This document shows, piece after piece, positions 26,336 to 32,000 of a DNA stretch of 32,000 bases. The translations under genes and the position numbers were made by a program. The stretch covers positions 6,189 to 38,188 of the forward strand of contig JAUSKK010000002.1 in assembly GCA_030649345.1 (NCBI GenBank), given 5' to 3'. This DNA is from Candidatus Iainarchaeum sp. (GTDB taxonomy: Archaea > Iainarchaeota > Iainarchaeia > Iainarchaeales > 0-14-0-20-34-12). Below the pieces are notes generated by a model, which worked only from the letters and a program-made list of their open reading frames with translations, was not told the DNA's origin and did no database searches. Within the stretch, counting starts at the first letter, position 1. Each line of letters opens with the position of its first letter.

Positions 26336-26364
26336 AAAACTTTAAAAAACTGGGAGGTTTTTTA
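26336..26364 (+). promoter_or_regulatory. Conserved SD-containing leader immediately upstream of atpK
   Basis: AAAACTTTAAAAAACTGGGAGGTTTTTTA-ATG is 26/29 identical to the leader of atpB. Confidence 0.5.
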
Positions 26365-26598
26365 ATGGCAGACATCAACACAGGGTTAATTGCAATCGGG
26401 GCAAGTATTGCAATGGCAGCAAGTGCTTTGGCAGCCGCATGGGCTGAAAAAGAAATTGGAACAGCCGCAGTAGGAGCTTTAGCTGAAAAAGAACAATTAT
26501 TCGGAAAAGCACTGATCTTAACAGTTATTCCGGAAACCATTGTAATTTTCGGATTGGTTGTAGCTATCCTAATCATCGGAATGGCTGGAAAGGCTTAA
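26365..26598 (+). CDS. atpK: A-type ATP synthase proteolipid subunit K (c)
   Basis: 77 aa, two TM helices, ion-binding Glu in VIPETIVIFG. Confidence 0.9.
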   Translation: MADINTGLIAIGASIAMAASALAAAWAEKEIGTAAVGALAEKEQLFGKALILTVIPETIVIFGLVVAILIIGMAGKA

Positions 26599-26686
26599 AC
26601 AGTCTGCCGCCAGTCAATTAAGAAAACAAGGAAAACCATGGGTTTAAAATTTGTAACAAATTTTAAAATCCCAGGGGGAATTTTAA

Positions 26687-27247
26687 ATGGGTTTGGAAAA
26701 AGTAATTCAAGAAATCAAAGAACAAACAGAAAATGAATGCAAAAACATTCTAAAACAAGCCAGCGAAACAAGGCAGCACATTATCCAAGAAGCCAATGCC
26801 CAAGCTGAACAATTCAAACAACAAGCCAGCAAAGAATCTGACTTGTTAGCTGAAGAAATTAAAAACAAAGAATTATCTCAGCATCGCTTAGAACAAAACA
26901 AAAAAATTATGGAAACCAAATCCAAAGCAGTTCAAGAAATTTTCCAAACAGCATTGGAAAAAACAAAAACTTTAAGTGAAAATCAACGAAAACAATTATT
27001 GAAAAAATTACTGGAAAAAGGCTTGAAAGAATTGGAAAACGCAAAGTATGTGTACACCAATAAACAAGATACAAAATTAGTGCAGGAATTAGCCAAACAA
27101 TTAAAACATGCAGGCGAAATTCAGTGCACTTCAGGAATTGTTTTAGAAAACGCAGACAAAACAATCAAAGTCAATTATACATTTGAAGTTTTGTTTGAAA
27201 AAACCAAAGAGGAGAATTTACATGAAATTTCAAATGATGCGTTTTAA
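26687..27247 (+). CDS. atpE: A-type ATP synthase subunit E
   Basis: 186 aa. N-terminal long charged helix plus C-terminal globular domain (GIVLENADKTIKVNYTFE). Correct position in the operon. Confidence 0.85.
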   Translation: MGLEKVIQEIKEQTENECKNILKQASETRQHIIQEANAQAEQFKQQASKESDLLAEEIKNKELSQHRLEQNKKIMETKSKAVQEIFQTALEKTKTLSENQRKQLLKKLLEKGLKELENAKYVYTNKQDTKLVQELAKQLKHAGEIQCTSGIVLENADKTIKVNYTFEVLFEKTKEENLHEISNDAF

Positions 27248-28208
27248 TCCATTCGAATCCGCCAGCGGAAGCTCTTTGGATAAAACTTTTCGAAAAAGTT
27301 TTAACGGAAACAGCGGATTTCCCTACACCAATACCAGAGTACGGGTAATGAAAACACGACTATTGGGCGGAGCAGATTACAAACGATTAATGAATATGAG
27401 CGTACCTGAAATAACAAGATTTCTAGAAGAATCAGACTATAAAACAGAAATCGATTCATTGTCCCAGCAATTCAAAGGACTAAACTTAATTGAATACAGT
27501 TTAATGAAAAATTTAGAACGAACCTTTAAACGCATTTACGATTTTTCACTCAAACAAGCCAACCAGCAACTTGGATTATTTTTAAAAAAATGGGATTACT
27601 GGAATATTAAAATATTACTGCGAGGCTTACAAACCAAGTCCAACAAAAATGAAATCATGCACAACATGGTTTTGGTGGGAGACTTTAAATCAGAATTTTT
27701 TGAACGAATCCTTAACAATGCACAAACCATTGAACAAGCCATTGATTACTTTAAAGACACCAATTTTTACCCTATTTTAAGCAAACACAAAAATAGTTTG
27801 GCAAAATTAGAAGATGAACTGGATCGATTTTATTATTTAAATTTATTGGAAAATTCCAGCAAAGAATTACGCAATTTTGGAAAAAACCAAATTAAAAGCA
27901 TCAATACATTAAACATGCTGCGATTAAAAGACTTGGATTCCAAAAAAGATTTTTTGATTCCCGGAATGGACGAAATCATGCAAGTCCCCGAAGGCTTAGA
28001 TGACTTAGAAAAAATTGCTTACGTAAAACGAGAACAACTCGAAAATGGATTGCATAAAATGCATTCATTCAAATCCAACATGGATCCATTGCTGGGTTAT
28101 TTTACAGCCAAAGAAATCGAAGTCAACAATTTACGAATGATTATTCGCGGAAAACAAACAGGAATTGCCGCAGAAAAAATTGAAAAAAGTTTAGTATATT
28201 TAAGTTAA
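27222..28208 (+). CDS. atpC: A-type ATP synthase subunit C
   Basis: Position and size fit. YTNTRVRVMKTRLL matches the AtpC N-terminus. I prefer the ATG at 27222 (GAGGAG upstream) over the TTG at 27183 on the track. Confidence 0.85.
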   Translation: MKFQMMRFNPFESASGSSLDKTFRKSFNGNSGFPYTNTRVRVMKTRLLGGADYKRLMNMSVPEITRFLEESDYKTEIDSLSQQFKGLNLIEYSLMKNLERTFKRIYDFSLKQANQQLGLFLKKWDYWNIKILLRGLQTKSNKNEIMHNMVLVGDFKSEFFERILNNAQTIEQAIDYFKDTNFYPILSKHKNSLAKLEDELDRFYYLNLLENSSKELRNFGKNQIKSINTLNMLRLKDLDSKKDFLIPGMDEIMQVPEGLDDLEKIAYVKREQLENGLHKMHSFKSNMDPLLGYFTAKEIEVNNLRMIIRGKQTGIAAEKIEKSLVYLS

Positions 28209-28237
28209 AAAAATAACTTTAAAAAAATGGTGACGCT

Positions 28238-28537
28238 TTGGAAATTGCAATTTTAGGAAACGATGAATTTGTAACTGGATTCAGACTCAGCGGAGTCAAA
28301 AACATAATTACTGCTGAAGGAAAAGAACTAAGCAAAAAAATTGAAGAAGTCATTGACCAGCAAAAAATAGGAATTTTAGTCATGGAACATTTAGATTTTT
28401 CACAATTAAACAACAATGTCAAAAAAAAATTAGACCGAACTGTAACACCTGTAGTTGTAACATTAAGCAAAGATGCCAAAACATCCGATTTACGGGAATT
28501 GGTTAAAAAAAGTATTGGAATTGACTTGTGGAAATAA
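28238..28537 (+). CDS. atpF: A-type ATP synthase subunit F
   Basis: 99 aa. IAILGNDEFVTGFRLSGV is the typical subunit F N-terminus. TTG start after GGTGA. Confidence 0.85.
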   Translation: MEIAILGNDEFVTGFRLSGVKNIITAEGKELSKKIEEVIDQQKIGILVMEHLDFSQLNNNVKKKLDRTVTPVVVTLSKDAKTSDLRELVKKSIGIDLWK

Positions 28538-28585
28538 TAAAATGATTATATTTAATAGATAAAATATTTAGGAAAAGGTGAACCT

Positions 28586-30328
28586 ATGAGCGAAGCAACA
28601 ATTTACAGAATTTCAGGACCAGTAGTCATTGCCAAAGGATTGAGTGCCAAAATGTATGATTTGGTTTTGGTTGGAAAAGAAAAACTTTTAGGAGAAGTCA
28701 TTCAAATTACAGGAGAAACTACCACCATTCAAGTCTATGAAGAAACATCTGGATTAACACCCGGAGAACCCATTGAAAACACACAAGCACCTTTATCGGT
28801 TGAATTGGGTCCAGGAATTTTAACTCAAATTTACGATGGAATCCAAAGACCTTTAGCTGGACTGCAAGAAATTATGGGAGACTTCATTAAACGCGGAGCC
28901 ACAGCTTCAGCCTTGGATCGAAAAAAGAAATGGGAATTCAAAGCAATTGCTAAAAAAGGAGACTCAGTTTCCGGCGGAGATATTCTAGGAACAGTTCAAG
29001 AAACAGTCAACATTGAACACAAAATATTAGTACCACCGAATATTAAAGGAACATTAAAAAATATTCAAAGCGGAAAATTTAATATTGATGAAGTTATTGG
29101 AACTTTAGAAAATGGAACTGAATTAAAACTAGCCCATAAATGGCCAGTCAGACAACAAAGGCCTTACCAGCAAAAATTAGCACCCGACATTCCATTAATC
29201 ACTGGACAAAGAATTATTGACACACTATTTCCAATTGCTAAAGGAGGAACTGCAGCAATTCCAGGACCTTTTGGTTCAGGAAAAACAGTAACTCAAAGTC
29301 AATTAGCTAAATGGAGTGATGCCCAAATTGTAGTCTACATTGGATGCGGTGAAAGAGGCAATGAGATGACTGAAGTATTAACCGAATTTCCTCACTTGCA
29401 AGATGTAAAAACTGGCCGGCCTTTAATGGAACGAACTGTGTTAATTGCAAACACTTCCAATATGCCAGTGGCAGCCAGAGAAGCCAGTGTTTATACAGGA
29501 ATGACGATTGCAGAATATTTTAGAGACCAAGGATTGGATGTCAGCTTAATGGCAGACTCTACAAGCAGATGGGCTGAAGCCATGAGAGAAATTGGTTCAC
29601 GCTTAGAAGAAATGCCAGGAGAAGAAGGATATCCAGCATACTTAGCTTCCAGATTATCTGAATTCTATGAACGAGCCGGCCGAGTAATTTGCATTGGAAA
29701 AGACGCAAAAATGGGAAGTGTTACAGCCATTGGAGCAGTCAGTCCAGCAGGCGGAGACTTCTCTGAACCAGTCACCCAAAATACATTAAAGATTACCAAA
29801 GTTTTCTGGGCATTGGATGCAAAACTAGCACAAAAAAGACACTTCCCAGCCATCAATTGGCTAGAAAGTTATTCTTTGTATTCTGAAAACTTAAAAAACT
29901 GGTTTGCAAAAAATGTCGCCGAAGACTGGCCAGCTCAAAGAACAGAAGCCATGAAAATTTTGCAAAAAGAAGCAGAATTACAAGAAATTGTTCAATTGGT
30001 AGGCAGCGATTCACTGCCAGAAAAAGAACGATTAACTTTAGAAATCGCAAAACTAATCCGAGAAGCTTTCCTGCAGCAAAACGCCTACCATGAAGTGGAT
30101 ACTTATTGTAGTCCCAAAAAACAACACGGAATTATGAAAGCAATTTTAGAATATGCTGAAATGGGAAGAACAGCTTTAGAACAAGGAGCCAGCATTGAAA
30201 GAATTGCCAATATTGAAAGCAAAAACAAATTAGTTAAAATAGCATTTAAAACAGAAAAAGAATTTGAAACAGAAATCAAACAAATCCATCAACAAATGGA
30301 ACAAGAGTTCAAAGAAATTATTACATAA
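28586..30328 (+). CDS. atpA: A-type ATP synthase catalytic subunit A
   Basis: Walker A GPFGSGKT, non-homologous insert region, SRWAEALREI-like [23 protein letters not shown]. Confidence 0.95.
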   Translation: MSEATIYRISGPVVIAKGLSAKMYDLVLVGKEKLLGEVIQITGETTTIQVYEETSGLTPGEPIENTQAPLSVELGPGILTQIYDGIQRPLAGLQEIMGDFIKRGATASALDRKKKWEFKAIAKKGDSVSGGDILGTVQETVNIEHKILVPPNIKGTLKNIQSGKFNIDEVIGTLENGTELKLAHKWPVRQQRPYQQKLAPDIPLITGQRIIDTLFPIAKGGTAAIPGPFGSGKTVTQSQLAKWSDAQIVVYIGCGERGNEMTEVLTEFPHLQDVKTGRPLMERTVLIANTSNMPVAAREASVYTGMTIAEYFRDQGLDVSLMADSTSRWAEAMREIGSRLEEMPGEEGYPAYLASRLSEFYERAGRVICIGKDAKMGSVTAIGAVSPAGGDFSEPVTQNTLKITKVFWALDAKLAQKRHFPAINWLESYSLYSENLKNWFAKNVAEDWPAQRTEAMKILQKEAELQEIVQLVGSDSLPEKERLTLEIAKLIREAFLQQNAYHEVDTYCSPKKQHGIMKAILEYAEMGRTALEQGASIERIANIESKNKLVKIAFKTEKEFETEIKQIHQQMEQEFKEIIT

Positions 30329-30449
30329 TATTAAACAAGACAATCGAACGAAGTGAAGATTGTCTATCAGGAGGTATCATAAAATCAAAGATTTTATGTA
30401 TATGCAAAACTTAGAGTTTTGCAGTATATCGGAACCTAAGGTTCTGATA
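30329..30449. repeat. Four-hairpin structured element, copy A, inserted between the atpA stop and a duplicated copy of the atpA 3' end
   Basis: Hairpins: 30338-30345/30358-30365 (8 bp, loop GAACGAAGTGAA); 30378-30386/30390-30398 (9 bp, loop AAA); 30403-30411/30415-30423 (9 bp, loop TAG, extended by TATA/TATA across bulged G30424); 30429-30436/30440-30447 (8 bp with one G-T, loop TAA). Ends are TTAAACAAGACAAT and GATA. Confidence 0.65.
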
Positions 30450-30482
30450 ATGGAACAAGAATTTAAAGAAATAATTGCATAA
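30450..30482 (+). repeat. Non-coding duplicate of the last 10 codons plus stop of atpA
   Basis: ATGGAACAAGAATTTAAAGAAATAATTGCATAA versus atpA 30296-30328 ATGGAACAAGAGTTCAAAGAAATTATTACATAA: 29/33 identical. It would encode [10 protein letters not shown] versus [10 protein letters not shown]. Confidence 0.8.
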
Positions 30483-30526
30483 TTTTGAAAGGTGATACAG
30501 AAATGATTTTAAAATTAGGAATTTTA

Positions 30527-30555
30527 AAAACTTTAAAAAACCAGGAGATTTTTTA
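30527..30555 (+). promoter_or_regulatory. Conserved SD-containing leader immediately upstream of atpB
   Basis: AAAACTTTAAAAAACCAGGAGATTTTTTA-ATG is 26/29 identical to the leader of atpK. Confidence 0.5.
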
Positions 30556-31932
30556 ATGAAAGAATACAAAACAATTACTAGAATTGCAGGCCCTTTGGTT
30601 TTCGTAGAAAAAACACACGAAATAGCTTACGGTGAATTGGTTGAAATTGAATTAGAAGATGGTTCGAAAAAAAACGGGCAAGTATTGGACACCAGCAAAG
30701 ATTTAGTAATTGTACAAGTATTCGAAGGAACTCGAAGTATTTCAAAAAAATGCAGTGTAAAATTCACCGGAAAAACAATCAAATTAGGAGTCAGTAAAGA
30801 CTTACTTGGAAGAGTATTTTCTGGTTTAGGAAAGCCTAGAGATAATGGACCAGAAATTATTCCAGAAATGCATTTAGATGTAAACGGAGCAGCCATTAAT
30901 CCGTATTCTAGAGAAAGCCCAAAAGATTTTGTGCAAACAGGAATTAGTTCCATTGATGGATTGAATACTTTAGTCAAAGGACAAAAATTGCCATTATTTT
31001 CAGGAGCAGGATTGCCGCACAACGAAATTGCATTGCAAATTGCAAGACAAGCAAAAATTTCCGACAAAACAGCCATTGTATTTGCAGCCATGGGAATCAC
31101 CAACGAAGAAGCACAGACATTTATTCAAGACTTTGAACAAACCGGAGCATTAGAACGAGCAATTATTTTCTTGAACTTAGCCAATGATCCAGCTATTGAA
31201 AGATTAATTACACCCAGAATGGCTTTAACTGCAGCAGAATATTTAGCATTCGAACACGGCTACGATGTCTTAGTAATTTTAACAGACATGAGTAATTATG
31301 CTGAAAGTTTGCGAGAAATCGGAGCAGCCAGAGAAGAAGTTCCAGGAAGACGAGGATATCCAGGATACATGTATTCTGATTTAGCCAGCATATACGAAAG
31401 AGCAGGAATCATTAAAGGAAAAAAAGGAAGTGTTACACAAATTCCAATTCTAACCATGCCAGGAGACGATATTACACATCCAATTCCAGACTTAACAGGA
31501 TACATTACTGAAGGGCAAATTGTTTTAGGACGAGACTTGCACGCCAAAGGAATTTACGCGCCCATTGACGTATTGCCTTGCTTGAGTAGATTAATGAATC
31601 AAGGAATTGGAAAAGAAAAAACAAGAGAAGACCATAAAGCTGTAGCCAATCAATTGTATGCAGGCTATGCAGAAGGCCGAGCTTTACGAGGTTTAGTTGC
31701 CATTGTTGGAGAAGAAGCCATGAGTGAAAAAGACTTAAAATTTTTAAGATTTGCTGAAGCATTTGAAAACAAATTTGTCACTCAAGGCAGAAACGAAAAT
31801 AGAAGCATTCAACAAACTTTAGACATTGGCTGGCAATTGTTTGCACAACTGCCTAAAACAGAATTAACCAGAATTGAAGACAAATACATTGACAAATATT
31901 TACCCAAAGCAAGTGAAGCAATCGCTAAATAA
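30556..31932 (+). CDS. atpB: A-type ATP synthase subunit B
   Basis: [39 protein letters not shown] block, [17 protein letters not shown]. Confidence 0.95.
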   Translation: MKEYKTITRIAGPLVFVEKTHEIAYGELVEIELEDGSKKNGQVLDTSKDLVIVQVFEGTRSISKKCSVKFTGKTIKLGVSKDLLGRVFSGLGKPRDNGPEIIPEMHLDVNGAAINPYSRESPKDFVQTGISSIDGLNTLVKGQKLPLFSGAGLPHNEIALQIARQAKISDKTAIVFAAMGITNEEAQTFIQDFEQTGALERAIIFLNLANDPAIERLITPRMALTAAEYLAFEHGYDVLVILTDMSNYAESLREIGAAREEVPGRRGYPGYMYSDLASIYERAGIIKGKKGSVTQIPILTMPGDDITHPIPDLTGYITEGQIVLGRDLHAKGIYAPIDVLPCLSRLMNQGIGKEKTREDHKAVANQLYAGYAEGRALRGLVAIVGEEAMSEKDLKFLRFAEAFENKFVTQGRNENRSIQQTLDIGWQLFAQLPKTELTRIEDKYIDKYLPKASEAIAK

Positions 31933-31951
31933 AAAAAAGGTTTGATAAAAT

Positions 31952-32000
31952 ATGGCCAGAGTAAAGCCTACACGTTCCGAGTTAATTAAATTAAAAAAAC
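31952..32000 (+). CDS. atpD: A-type ATP synthase subunit D, first 16 codons; gene runs off the window
   Basis: MARVKPTRSELIKLKK matches the subunit D N-terminus (..PTR.EL..LK). Correct position after atpB. Confidence 0.7.
   Translation, partial: MARVKPTRSELIKLKK

Noticed and set aside
26341-26350. TTTAAAAAA in the conserved atpK/atpB leaders as an internal archaeal TATA box
   Set aside because: It lies only ~15-22 nt from the ATG, so a start site ~25 nt downstream would fall inside the coding sequence. The GGAG between it and the ATG fits an SD leader better.
26211-26576. 121-aa minus-strand ORF antisense to atpK, and similar long antisense ORFs (24119-24418, 24267-24485, 30627-31103, 31296-31547, 18884-19321, 1785-2123 and others)
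   Set aside because: These are shadow ORFs opposite confidently identified genes. They have low-complexity composition, no start context and no recognisable motifs.
26638-26706. Apparent duplication of the atpE start: ATGGGTTTAAAATTTGTAA at 26638 versus ATGGGTTTGGAAAAAGTAA at 26687, analogous to the atpA 3' duplication
   Set aside because: Only ~15/20 identical in A/T-rich sequence, out of frame and short. This could be chance. It is kept as a note because it echoes the atpA pattern, but it is not strong enough to claim.
27183-27221. Upstream TTG start for atpC given by the ORF track
   Set aside because: The in-frame ATG at 27222 is preceded by GAGGAG at ideal spacing, and the conserved AtpC N-terminus begins after it. 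The extra 13 residues would lie entirely inside atpE.

Overview
Low-GC (roughly one-third G+C by eye), densely packed, Shine-Dalgarno-using archaeal chromosome segment. Archaeal origin is supported by a complete A-type ATP synthase operon in the canonical H-I-K-E-C-F-A-B-D order, deoxyhypusine synthase, a ZPR1 zinc-finger protein and a canonical C/D box sRNA. The gene content looks like a small-genome, DPANN-like archaeon, but that is inference. Left to right: purC (partial), an HTH plus degenerate LAGLIDADG-like protein, a Cys-rich secreted lipoprotein, purE-like, folC, a membrane protein, a methyltransferase, tatD, ZPR1, an RNase HIII-like plus KaiC-like ATPase pair, and a membrane-anchored metallo-beta-lactamase. 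Then a thiBPQ-orf-thiE thiamine salvage operon, a 530-bp non-coding island, methyltransferase, msrA, a His-rich Ni/Co-transporter-like protein, an arginine/agmatine-to-putrescine cluster ending in deoxyhypusine synthase, a cupredoxin-like lipoprotein, and the ATPase operon. The most unusual signal is non-coding. A family of 120-170 nt four-hairpin elements has conserved ends (AAGACAAT ... GATA) and one sequence-conserved hairpin with a bulged G (ATATGCAAAA...TTTTGCAGTATA). The other hairpins keep their structure although the stem sequences differ. One copy sits between atpA and atpB and is flanked by an imperfect 33-bp duplication of the last 10 codons plus stop of atpA. A second copy sits in the non-coding island between two partially duplicated units, one of which is the C/D box sRNA. 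A degenerate third hairpin cluster lies between atpI and atpK. No CRISPR array, rRNA, tRNA, transposase or integrase gene was seen. CDS coordinates follow the supplied ORF track. Coordinates of non-coding features were counted by hand and may be off by 1-2 nt.
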